Under the pieces are notes generated by a model, which worked only from the letters and a program-made list of their open reading frames with translations, had not been told where the DNA came from and searched no databases. The position numbers and the translations under genes were made by a program. A stretch of DNA of 63,616 nt, the filler included. It is 6 parts of 6 records of this genome, joined end to end, with 100 filler letters (N's around TTAATTAATTAA, not from the genome) between each part and the next. Parts side by side here need not be neighbours in the genome. Positions count along the whole stretch, not along the records: positions 1 to 10,701 come from SRR31156797_45508; positions 10,802 to 18,637 come from SRR31156797_45511; 4 more parts are not named here. One strand, written 5' to 3'. Shown piece by piece: positions 9,915 through 18,737 of this stretch (the stretch's first letter is position 1; every line of letters starts with the position of its first letter).

Positions 9915-10701
9915 CTACTTTTCGTATTTCTTCGACCAATCACGTTTGAACTGGTCCTGGTCGATGGGGCGGCGCAGTTTCCACATATGAACCTGGGCCA
10001 AATCGACCTTGCCGTAGCCCGGTGCTGCACCGACACCGACGTGCGGGGCAAAGGCGGTCATACCGGCGTCGCTGAAAAGCCAATCGAGGAAGACCTTCCC
10101 TTCGGCTTCGTGCGGCGCACCGGCAACCAGTCCGGCGCCCTCGATGATGTTGGGCGACATGCGGCCAACGATCATCTCGACATCCTTGTTGGCGTCGACC
10201 TGCTGGATGATGGCGGTGTCATAGGACAGGCCGATCACCGTTTCGCCGCCGCCGACCTGGCGGGCCGCGGCGCTGCCCGAGGAATTGTACTGGAAGATGT
10301 TCTGGTGGATGTTGTCGACGAAGTTGTCGCCGAACAGATCCCACATGTTCGAGAAAATGGTGAAACCGGTTCCCGACTTGGTCGGCGCGGCAACCGTGAT
10401 GTGTCCCTTGTATACCGGCTTGACCAGATCGACCCAATCGGTCGGCATCGGCAGGCCCTTTTCACCGAGCAGCTTCTTGTTGACCGCCATCGCCATGATG
10501 GTGCCGTTATGGCCTAACCAGAAACCGTCCGGATCGACGAAATCCTCCAGGACGACGTTTTTTTTCGGCAAATAGGGCTGTAGGGCGCCGGCTTCCTTCA
10601 GCTTTTCCAGGGCGAAATTGTTGACCATCCAGATGACGTCAGCCTGTGGGTTGCCCATCTCGGCGATCGCCTTCTCGGTGATCGGGCCGGTCGACATATT
10701 G
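9915..10701 (-). CDS. ABC transporter substrate-binding protein (Fe3+/thiamine/2-AEP family), 5' truncated by contig end
   Basis: STG....K..AEMGNPQADVIW, P..W.DL.KP.YKG, P..SGTG motifs; the frame runs into the N spacer. Confidence 0.88.
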
Positions 10702-10801
10702 NNNNNNNNNNNNNNNNNNNNNNNNNNNNNNNNNNNNNNNNNNNNTTAATTAATTAANNNNNNNNNNNNNNNNNNNNNNNNNNNNNNNNNNNNNNNNNNN
10801 N
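10702..10801. other. Artificial contig spacer
   Basis: N44-TTAATTAATTAA-N44; stops in all six frames. Confidence 0.99.
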
Positions 10802-11010
10802 CCAGATTTACATGCGTTTACCCTACCCCTGAATTCTTTATATCCCAAGGACGGGAGAGAGGTGTCACAGGCGGGTAAAAGGGTTGTAAAAAAGTTGTAA
10901 AATTGAAGGGCAAGAAAAGGGAATGGCGTTCCATATAGCCCCCGGAGGGATTCTTTTACGGGCGAAGCAACCCAAAGAAAAAAGGCCCCGCCCGGAAGAG
11001 ATCGCCCCCC

Positions 11011-11331
11011 TCACTGCATGGTTGAACTGGCCGTGGGAATAAGGTTCATCACCCGTATCTCCTCCCTGATGAGCATGTCTTCCATGGCCTGCCGAACCGT
11101 GGTTTTCCAATAAGCACTGCCGTAAACCCGGTCGTAAAGTCGCTTACGTTCATCTTCGGATTCGAACCGCCGGATCCAGACATAGGTGTCGGGTTGGTCC
11201 CGGACCCGGAAACTGCCCGGTATCTCCATGCCCATGTCCCTCTGAAAAGGGATGATCATTTCGTCCATGAGCTTAGCCCAGCGCTCTCCCATTCCTTGTC
11301 TAATATGGTATTCCCTCAGTTCAAAAAGCAT
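11011..11331 (-). CDS. NIPSNAP-family protein
   Basis: MLFELREYHI...IIPFQ..MGM.I.GSF....YVWIRRF. Probable start 11331 after a GGGAAGGGG RBS. Confidence 0.85.
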   Translation of the reverse strand: MLFELREYHIRQGMGERWAKLMDEMIIPFQRDMGMEIPGSFRVRDQPDTYVWIRRFESEDERKRLYDRVYGSAYWKTTVRQAMEDMLIREEIRVMNLIPTASSTMQ

Positions 11332-11391
11332 GATCCCCTTCCCCATTGTAAAAAACCGACGTGATAACACCTTAAAAAGAAACCAGCGCCC

Positions 11392-12822
11392 CTATACTTC
11401 CCGGGACAACTCATGGGCCCGGGTGGTGTGGTAGGGACTGAACCCCGCTGGAATACCCCAGGCTTCATCCTTCTCTTCCCTGAAATTCTCCAGGGCCAGG
11501 ATCAGCTCAAAGGGATTGAGCCGGTTGAGGTCGATACCGGGGTTTCGGACCGGCGCCCCAAGAACATCCAGGAGAGAACCATGAACTCCCAGCCGGCCAA
11601 TGGAATAGTTCTCCAGCTCCTTCTCTCCGGTCTCGTCCGAATGGGGAAACGCACCATAATGGACCGGACTCAGATGCCCGAAGGGCGTGATGAAAATCTT
11701 GTGATCCGATTGCCTGACGGCATCGAACGCCCCTTCCCAGCCCCGCCAGAACAGGTTCTTTCCTGACAGGGAACCGGTAATGTGGACAGACAGGCCGCCT
11801 TCCTCCCCCCGCCGAATAATCCGCTCAGCCGACCCGGCCACGCTCGCTTCCACCTGGGGATCGTGGGGGGAAAAATAGTCGGGCTTGAAATCAATGTAAT
11901 CGATGCCAAGGTCCACGGCCATTTCAACCAGGTCGTCCAGCTGCCGGCAGTTTGACGGCATGAGAATGCTGTTAAACCCAATGCGGCAGTCGGGATTGAT
12001 CCTCTTTCGCTCCTCCACCAGAAGGGCCAGGTTCCGGCGCAGGCGCGCCAGGGCCCGGACCTTTCCTTTCCCCTTTCGAATGCCAAAGGCGATGGATTCG
12101 TAGACCTCGTCGTCCGCCGTGCTGACGCTGATACGGATATCCTGAACCTCAAGGGCCCTGCGCCGCCGCTCCCTGGTATTGAGAAGCAGCCCGTTGGTAA
12201 AAAGCTTGACCGGCACCCCCCGGCGATCCGCCTCCCGGGTAATCCAGGAAAGGGTCTCCACATCGGTGAGGGGTTCCAGGCCGCCGGAGACCTTCACCAG
12301 GATATCGCTTCCCCGTTCCCGGATGGTGGTGAGATCCTGGAAAACCAGCTCCACCTGTTCCCGGGAAACCTGGGAAGTGCTCCAGTTATCGTAACTTACC
12401 AGCCGGCGGTTACCGTTTTCGTCGACTTTGACATTGGGACAGAACAGGCACCTGGACGGACAGGAGAGGCCCACGAAAAAAACCAGGACAAAAAAGCGAT
12501 GGTTGAAATACTGATTGACCACATTGAAATAGTCCCGGTTAACCCCCTTTAGCCAGTTCTGATGGACCTCCGGGGTTCTCTGGATCACCTTGTAGCACCA
12601 CATGAGCCGCTCCCGGTCAAGGTCCAGCGCCCGGGACACCAGGGACGCCGCCTCATGCGGGTGCGCCTCCAGATGCTCCGCCACCTTGTAGCTCTCCTCC
12701 ACCAGACAACGCCGGGCGTCTTCCCGGGAAGTTTCCCCAACAGCGCCTGGAAAAAGGTCTGCCCCGTCCTTTTCCAGTTGAGACACAGCCTCGGACAAGG
12801 ATAATTTTAATAACCCTTTCAT
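11392..12822 (-). CDS. Radical SAM enzyme, DesII-like
   Basis: CPSRCLFC (CxxxCxxC), SGGLEPLT and TNG motifs. N- and C-terminal segments resemble DesII. Start 12822 after an AAGGGAGG RBS. Confidence 0.8.
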   Translation of the reverse strand: MKGLLKLSLSEAVSQLEKDGADLFPGAVGETSREDARRCLVEESYKVAEHLEAHPHEAASLVSRALDLDRERLMWCYKVIQRTPEVHQNWLKGVNRDYFNVVNQYFNHRFFVLVFFVGLSCPSRCLFCPNVKVDENGNRRLVSYDNWSTSQVSREQVELVFQDLTTIRERGSDILVKVSGGLEPLTDVETLSWITREADRRGVPVKLFTNGLLLNTRERRRRALEVQDIRISVSTADDEVYESIAFGIRKGKGKVRALARLRRNLALLVEERKRINPDCRIGFNSILMPSNCRQLDDLVEMAVDLGIDYIDFKPDYFSPHDPQVEASVAGSAERIIRRGEEGGLSVHITGSLSGKNLFWRGWEGAFDAVRQSDHKIFITPFGHLSPVHYGAFPHSDETGEKELENYSIGRLGVHGSLLDVLGAPVRNPGIDLNRLNPFELILALENFREEKDEAWGIPAGFSPYHTTRAHELSREV

Positions 12823-13059
12823 GGTATCCTCCCTTGAAAAATGAAATGATAAATAATCCCCCATGCGCCATGGCAGTAGGGATTAAACCACCTTCAACAG
12901 GATTGAAGCAGAGAACAGACTGGATTTTTGAAAAAAAAGAAGATTAGAATCAGCGAATTGTGATGTTGGACAGTATCAAGGATGGGAAAGGGAAAGTCAA
13001 TCGATTTTGACAGATTACGGTTCCCGGGTATTAGGGGGAATGCGGCAGGCCAAGGGACG

Positions 13060-13095
13060 GTCAGACCCCGCCCGGATCCCGGGCAGGGCCTGACA
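13060..13095. terminator. GC-rich inverted repeat downstream of the nitrite/sulfite-reductase-like gene
   Basis: GTCAG.CCC.GCCCGG-ATC-CCGGGC.GGG.CTGAC; no clear U tract. Confidence 0.45.
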
Positions 13096-13120
13096 GCTAC
13101 TTATCAAAAAAGGCGATGGA

Positions 13121-13777
13121 TCAGGCGATGGCCTGCTGGAAGGGCTCCATGCCCAGGCGCTCGATCATCTTGCCCAGGCGCTCGCCGGTCTTGGCATTCT
13201 CGTTGTAATACTCAATGACCTTATCCACGGCAACGAGCACTTCGTCGTCGGAAAGATCTGTGACCAGCTCCTTTGCAATGCGGGGGACAGCCCCCACGTT
13301 GCCGCCGATCACAAGCTTCCAGCCTTTCTTGTCCCCGATGAGTCCCACATCCCGGACCCAGGACTCAGAGCAGCTCAGACGGCAGCCGGAGACGGCCATC
13401 TTGAACTTTCCGGCCAGGTTGCGGCCATGGTAGCGCTCGTCCAGGATCGTGGCGATCTTCAGGGAGTCCTGGTTGGCCAGACGACAGAAGGTGGTTCCCG
13501 GGCAGGCCCGGACACTCCGGACGCACATTCCCACTGCAGCGCCCTGGTCCATGCCAAGATCCTCCCAGGCACGGTCAACGTCCTCTTCCTTCAATCCTAC
13601 GATGGCGATGCGGGTGGCGCCCGTAATCTTCAGGGCCTGAGCTTCGTACTTTTCGGCCACGTCGGCGATCTTCCGGAGCAGATCCGGGGTCACCACTCCA
13701 CAGGGAATGTGGGGTGCGATGGCATAGGTTTCCTTGTCTCTCTGGGGGATGGCCCCCTTTTCTCCTAATTTAAGCAT
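13121..13777 (-). CDS. Small nitrite/sulfite reductase family protein (ferredoxin-like half domain plus siroheme/4Fe-4S domain)
   Basis: RSVRACPGTTFC...KFKMAVSGCRLSC four-Cys signature; ERLGKMIERLG C-terminus. Probable start MLKLGEKG at 13777. Confidence 0.85.
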   Translation of the reverse strand: MLKLGEKGAIPQRDKETYAIAPHIPCGVVTPDLLRKIADVAEKYEAQALKITGATRIAIVGLKEEDVDRAWEDLGMDQGAAVGMCVRSVRACPGTTFCRLANQDSLKIATILDERYHGRNLAGKFKMAVSGCRLSCSESWVRDVGLIGDKKGWKLVIGGNVGAVPRIAKELVTDLSDDEVLVAVDKVIEYYNENAKTGERLGKMIERLGMEPFQQAIA

Positions 13778-13944
13778 GTATCGTCCTTTCCCGTCCGGGA
13801 CACAAGGGGCCCGACGGCGTTTGTTGTCATCATGGAATACGGCCGGACACAGGCCCGGCTCCAACAGGCCTTGTAAGACAGGAACTTACCCTTTGTCAAG
13901 GGAAGGATAAAAATCATGGGACAGGATCGGGTGCAGATGACGAA

Positions 13945-14126
13945 CGATGCGAATCCGCATCGCCCGTCGCCTGGGGGGGGGGGGCACGGGACAATCCACG
14001 GCACCCCTCCCCATGGAGGACATTTTGATGCATTGTCGCATCGCACCCTTTCAAGCCCGTTTTGAGGCATCCCTGGGCCATCTCCCGATTCACACCCCAC
14101 CCTCCAAACGATGCAAATCCGCATCG
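13945..14126. promoter_or_regulatory. Three palindromic sites YGATGC-N6-GCATCG (probable sigma54 enhancer sites)
   Basis: 13945-13962 CGATGCgaatccGCATCG; 14026-14043 TGATGCattgtcGCATCG; 14109-14126 CGATGCaaatccGCATCG. Spacing 81 and 83 bp. Confidence 0.75.
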
Positions 14127-14200
14127 CATCCGGGTAAAACCGACCCTTGAATTCGCCCATATTTTTCGTACGCCCGGGAACCGCGGGCATCTTCACCGCC

Positions 14201-14216
14201 TGGCACGCCGATTGCT
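14201..14216 (+). promoter_or_regulatory. sigma54 (-24/-12) promoter
   Basis: TGGCAC-GCCGA-TTGCT matches TGGCAC-N5-TTGCW; upstream of the aminomethyltransferase-family gene. Confidence 0.85.
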
Positions 14217-14361
14217 ACATTGTGGTACCGTACGATTGATGCAAGGGTGATCCGCAATGGCAGGACCGGCCGTACCGGTTTCCCCCAGCGGTTAATCACC
14301 TGAAGAAAGCCGCATGGAATGGCTTGAAACCAGAACGTATACAATTGAAGGAGTTTTCAGC

Positions 14362-15474
14362 ATGAGCACCGAAACCACATTGAGGCCCTCCGGTCTGACC
14401 GAACGTCACATCGCCCTTGGCGCCACCTTTGACGAATGGAACGGCATGAACGTGCCCCTGGAGTATGATCAGGACCTGAACGACGAACACAAGGCCGTGC
14501 GCACCACGGCCGGCCTGTTCGATGTATCAGGCCTGAAAAAGGTTTTTGTAACCGGTCCCGATGCCCTTGCCGTATGCAACTACACCGCAGCCCGGGACCT
14601 GACCAAAATCTACCCCGGCAAATCCTGCTACACCCTCATCCTCAACGACGACGGTAAGATCACCGACGACTGCATCATGTTCCACCTGTCCCCCGACAAC
14701 TGGATGGTGGTCCACAGCTCCGGCGCGACCATGGAGCAGCTGACCCAATCCGCGGCAGGCAAGGACGTTAAGATAGCCTTTGACGACGACCTGCACGATA
14801 TCTCGCTTCAAGGCCCAAAGGCGGTGGATTTCCTGGCCCCCCACACCCCCATGGACCTGTACGCCCTGCCCTACTTTCACCACATGCCCACAAGATTGTT
14901 CGGCTACGACTGCCTGATCTCCCGGACCGGCTACTCCGGGGAGCGGGGATACGAAATCTTCGCAAAATCCGCGGACATCGGTCCCATCTGGGACAACATT
15001 CTTGAAAAGGGCAAGCCCGAAGGCATCATCCCCTGCTCCTTCACCTGCCTGGACATGATCCGGGTTGAAGCCAACCTCATGTTCTTCGAATTTGACATGA
15101 CCGAGAACGACACCCCCTGGGACGTGGGACTGGCCTTCACCATCTCCAAAAAGAAAGAGGCCGACTACCGCGGCAAGGCCGCTGTCATGGCGTCCATGAA
15201 GGAGCAGAAGACCACCATCTACGGCCTGGTCTCCGACTGCGACAAGGCAATGGACCTGGATGCCGAGGTGTTTGTGAACGACAAGAAAGTGGGCTATGTG
15301 ACAGCGCCCCTGCTCTCCACCGTCATGAACAAGTCCATCGCCATGTTCCGGGTGGATCTCGAGTATGCCAAACCCGGCATCGAGGTTGAAGTCCGGGGCG
15401 AAAATGTAACCTGCAAGGCCGTTACCGCAGAGACACCCCTTTACGATTCAAAGAAAGACAAACGTACCGCCTGA
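14362..15474 (+). CDS. GcvT-family THF-dependent aminomethyltransferase/demethylase (DmmD-like)
   Basis: GLFDVS, LQGPKA, SRTGYSGERGYEIF. No gcvH or gcvP adjacent. Start 14362 after a GAAGGAG RBS. Confidence 0.85.
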   Translation: MSTETTLRPSGLTERHIALGATFDEWNGMNVPLEYDQDLNDEHKAVRTTAGLFDVSGLKKVFVTGPDALAVCNYTAARDLTKIYPGKSCYTLILNDDGKITDDCIMFHLSPDNWMVVHSSGATMEQLTQSAAGKDVKIAFDDDLHDISLQGPKAVDFLAPHTPMDLYALPYFHHMPTRLFGYDCLISRTGYSGERGYEIFAKSADIGPIWDNILEKGKPEGIIPCSFTCLDMIRVEANLMFFEFDMTENDTPWDVGLAFTISKKKEADYRGKAAVMASMKEQKTTIYGLVSDCDKAMDLDAEVFVNDKKVGYVTAPLLSTVMNKSIAMFRVDLEYAKPGIEVEVRGENVTCKAVTAETPLYDSKKDKRTA

Positions 15475-15512
15475 TCCGATTGCACGCACGCACCCATGAT
15501 CAGCTTCTGTCT

Positions 15513-15539
15513 CCCCACCCGGAAAGGCTCCGGGTGGGG
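15513..15539. terminator. Hairpin between convergent genes
   Basis: CCCCACCCGGA-AAGGC-TCCGGGTGGGG, a perfect 11-bp stem. Confidence 0.65.
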
Positions 15540-15562
15540 GAACGGAAGAACGGTAATACCCT

Positions 15563-17317
15563 CTATGATTCGATGGCCTGATAGGCAAGCTTTTGCCCGG
15601 GCGGTTGGAACAGTTTCAGGAACATGCCGAACGACAGGGCATTTCCCTTTTCATAATCAAATCCGGCAAGGGTTGTGACAGGGCTTTTCATTTTCGCCAG
15701 CATGGCCTTGAACGCCCCGGATTCGGCATTGACCAGCAGATCGGCATCATCGATGGCGGGCAACCCCTTTCGTATCTCCGCCACCCCCCGGCGCACATGG
15801 ATGGTGAACGCCTGATCCACATCGGTGAACCGAATTCCCACCTTTTTATCCATATCACAGGTTGCCGCCGCATCCAGGCTGACAGCCATCAATGTGAAAA
15901 AGCTCTCCAGATTGAACTGGGCCAGGAGCTCCGGCGATGGTTTTACATTTTCCGATGCCAGTATCCCGTCCCGGATCTCAATGGCTTCGGTGAGGTAGTA
16001 GTGACGGGCATTGGGATTTTCCTCCTTCCGGCCCAGGGCCATCAGGGCCTGGATGCGAAGATTCCTGGCAACACGATTGTTTGCGTCCAGTCTCAACAGG
16101 TGCCCGGTGAGCTGGAGCACGGTCTGGTGCTCCCCGTTTTCAGCATAGGTGACCGCTTTGGCCAGCAGGTTCTCCTCCCCCCCGGCAAGCTCGGCCATCA
16201 ACCGGTCCTGCCGTTTCCTGGACAGGGGCTGAAGGTCTGCGGAATCTCCGTTAAACCAGCCGAGGTTCCCGGCAAACAAGGCCCTCAACGACCAGCTCAC
16301 CTTGCCGTAGAATTCCTGGAGATAGGGAGAACGCGCCAGGTGCTCCGGCAGTTTGATATATTCCACTAGTTCGTCCGGGGTCATCCCCTGGTTGATGCCC
16401 CGAATGCCCTGGTCGTGAACAAATTGGATGGCATCCCGGTAATCGGTCAGGATGCTGTAAATTTTATCGGCACCTGCAATGGGCCGGCTGTGGCAGGGTA
16501 CCAGGTGCTCCGGCCTGAGATCCCGAATGATATCGATGCTTTCATACCAGTTTTTCAGACTTCGAAAAGGGGTGCCGCGAATGGTGTACAGATTGGGAAA
16601 GGTGCGATAGTAATTGTCTCCGCATATCAAAAGATTCCGGTCCACGACAAAAACGTAGATCTGGTCGTTTGTCTCTCCGGGGGCGTGGATCAGCTTGAGC
16701 TTCACACCGGCCAGGGTGACATCCAATTCATGGGAAAAGGTATGGGTGGGTTTCAGGTACCCGGCGGTGGTTTCCGCCCCAACCCCGAGAAACGGACCGA
16801 TGCCCGCGTTAACAAGGCCGTTCTGATCCAGGTAATTGCCGAACATTCTCATGCTCCGGGTGCCGATGATCGGGCGCATCTTGTTCACAATGCGCTGGAC
16901 ATAATAATCGGTGGTTTCATGGGCATAAACCGCCGGGTTGCCGCCGTCGGCCAGGGTGCTTGCACCCATGACATGGTCCGCATGGTTGTGGGTATAGATG
17001 ATCGCCTTGACCGGCTTGGAAGAAATCTTTCGGAATTCTTCAAGAACCTTTGCCGCCTCCTCGTTGGTTTCCATGGTATCCACGATGATCAGTCCGTCGT
17101 CTCCCTCGATCATGATGGAATTGGCCAGGCCGAACCCCACGGCGGAATAGATGTTTTCCGTCACCTGATAAACCTTCTTTTCAAATTCCAGGGTATGCCG
17201 GGACAGTTTTTCCGAGGTTGTTACGCCTTTTGTCGTTCTTTTAGTCTGGAGCTCCAGGCTTTTGCACCCAAACAGCACAAGCGTGACGCAGAAACAAAAC
17301 AATAATTTTTTAACCAC
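15563..17317 (-). CDS. Alkyl/aryl-sulfatase (SdsA1/BDS1 type, metallo-beta-lactamase fold plus dimerisation and SCP2 domains), predicted lipoprotein
   Basis: THNHADH, HAPGETND, FPNLYTIRGT, GWFNGD motifs; lipobox LFGC; GTG start with a GGAGG RBS. Confidence 0.9.
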   Translation of the reverse strand: MVKKLLFCFCVTLVLFGCKSLELQTKRTTKGVTTSEKLSRHTLEFEKKVYQVTENIYSAVGFGLANSIMIEGDDGLIIVDTMETNEEAAKVLEEFRKISSKPVKAIIYTHNHADHVMGASTLADGGNPAVYAHETTDYYVQRIVNKMRPIIGTRSMRMFGNYLDQNGLVNAGIGPFLGVGAETTAGYLKPTHTFSHELDVTLAGVKLKLIHAPGETNDQIYVFVVDRNLLICGDNYYRTFPNLYTIRGTPFRSLKNWYESIDIIRDLRPEHLVPCHSRPIAGADKIYSILTDYRDAIQFVHDQGIRGINQGMTPDELVEYIKLPEHLARSPYLQEFYGKVSWSLRALFAGNLGWFNGDSADLQPLSRKRQDRLMAELAGGEENLLAKAVTYAENGEHQTVLQLTGHLLRLDANNRVARNLRIQALMALGRKEENPNARHYYLTEAIEIRDGILASENVKPSPELLAQFNLESFFTLMAVSLDAAATCDMDKKVGIRFTDVDQAFTIHVRRGVAEIRKGLPAIDDADLLVNAESGAFKAMLAKMKSPVTTLAGFDYEKGNALSFGMFLKLFQPPGQKLAYQAIES

Positions 17318-17491
17318 CGTTATTACCTCCCTTAAAAGTTAATATGTAAACCCGGTTTACAGGCTGACACCCGGTATCGCGATAGTGGATTGAAAAGTTT
17401 GCACTTATACTATATGTAATGAGAAAACATAGATATGATCAAAAGAGGCAATTTTGTTACATTTGGTGGCACAAATTATCGGATTTGATTG

Positions 17492-18523
17492 ATGAACTCT
17501 CCAGGAACAACTTCAGCGGTTGCGGTCATCGCCCTGTTTGATGTGATCAGGGACCATGGCATGCCTGTTGCCGAACTTGAGACCGCCACGGGCATCAGCC
17601 GGAGCAAAATGGACGATCCCGATGCCCGGATCACCCTTTCCCAGTTCCTGGGCCTCTGGCGGATTGCTGAAAATTTGACAAAAGACCCGGCTATCGGGCT
17701 TCACCTGCGATACCAGTATGGAAAAGACCTCATGCACTTTGTGGTGAATCTCGCCCTGAACAGCGCCAACCTGCTCGAGGCACTGCAACACTGGATCCGG
17801 TATGAAAAGCTAATCAGTGACACCGATCGCACCGAACTGTTTGAAAAAGAGGATCTGTGCATCATTACCTACACCAACCTTTCTCCCGAACATGAAAACC
17901 GGTGGATCCCTGAGCATAATCTTTCCCTGGCCATGGAATACGGACGTCAAATCACCGGGTGCGACCTGAATCCGGTGGAAGTGGGATTTCGCCATGTGGA
18001 TCCCGGCTATGCGGAAGAATACGCAAAGATCTTTCGCTGCCCGGTATGGTTTGAGCGGCCGGAGACATCCGTTGTGATGAAAAAAAAGGACCTTTTGCGT
18101 CCGCCGGTCACACGGGACCCCTATCTCCAGGCGGTGCTCAAAAAACATGCGGATGCGGCAATGGTGATGCTCAAGGATCAGGAATCGTTCCAGGCCCGGG
18201 TGAACGACCACATCATGAAACACCTTCCCAAGGGAACCGTTGATATGGAATCGGTATCCGAGGCCTTTGACATGGACAGGAGCACCCTTCACCGGTGTTT
18301 GAAAAAAGAGGGGGTCACCTTCAGGGATCTCGTCGCCGGAACTAGGAAAAAACTTGCACAAAATTACCTGGGCCAGGGACTGACCGCCACCCAGATATCT
18401 TACCTGCTAGGCTTTTCCGATCCAAGCACATTTCAGCGGGCCTTCAAGCGCTGGTTCGGCTTGAGCCCGGGAGAATTCAGGAAAACCGGCCCCTGGGAAA
18501 ACCGGCCGGCGCCCCCGCCTTAG
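17492..18523 (+). CDS. AraC-family regulator (long N-terminal ligand-binding domain)
   Basis: DPAIGL N-terminal motif; C-terminal ISYLLGFSDPSTFQRAFKRWFGLSPGEFR; divergent from the sulfatase. Confidence 0.93.
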   Translation: MNSPGTTSAVAVIALFDVIRDHGMPVAELETATGISRSKMDDPDARITLSQFLGLWRIAENLTKDPAIGLHLRYQYGKDLMHFVVNLALNSANLLEALQHWIRYEKLISDTDRTELFEKEDLCIITYTNLSPEHENRWIPEHNLSLAMEYGRQITGCDLNPVEVGFRHVDPGYAEEYAKIFRCPVWFERPETSVVMKKKDLLRPPVTRDPYLQAVLKKHADAAMVMLKDQESFQARVNDHIMKHLPKGTVDMESVSEAFDMDRSTLHRCLKKEGVTFRDLVAGTRKKLAQNYLGQGLTATQISYLLGFSDPSTFQRAFKRWFGLSPGEFRKTGPWENRPAPPP

Positions 18524-18637
18524 AAACAGCCGTCTGTTTCACTTTTCAACGCAATCGACCTTTCTTCTCCCCCTGATACGCCGGCAGATCCAGCCGACGA
18601 TGCTTATTTTAACATGCCCTTCTCTCTCCACGGTTCG

Positions 18638-18737
18638 NNNNNNNNNNNNNNNNNNNNNNNNNNNNNNNNNNNNNNNNNNNNTTAATTAATTAANNNNNNN
18701 NNNNNNNNNNNNNNNNNNNNNNNNNNNNNNNNNNNNN
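18638..18737. other. Artificial contig spacer
   Basis: N44-TTAATTAATTAA-N44. Confidence 0.99.

Noticed and set aside
455-9949. Long ORFs on the opposite strand or in alternative frames (e.g. 455-1357 +, 1852-3312 +, 6681-7928 +, 6694-8349 -, 7971-9203 +)
   Set aside because: Shadow ORFs of recognisable genes in high-GC DNA; no motifs of their own.
10746-10757. Recurring TTAATTAATTAA palindrome (five copies) as a biological repeat
   Set aside because: Always embedded in N runs at identical offsets; it is an all-frame stop linker.
13945-14126. Three regularly spaced palindromic repeats as a mini CRISPR array
   Set aside because: Repeats are only 18 bp with variable centres, spacers are about 63-65 bp, and no cas genes are present. 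The adjacent sigma54 promoter explains them better.
14362-15474. Naming the gene gcvT or dmdA
   Set aside because: No gcvH or gcvP nearby and the subfamily cannot be fixed without a phylogeny.
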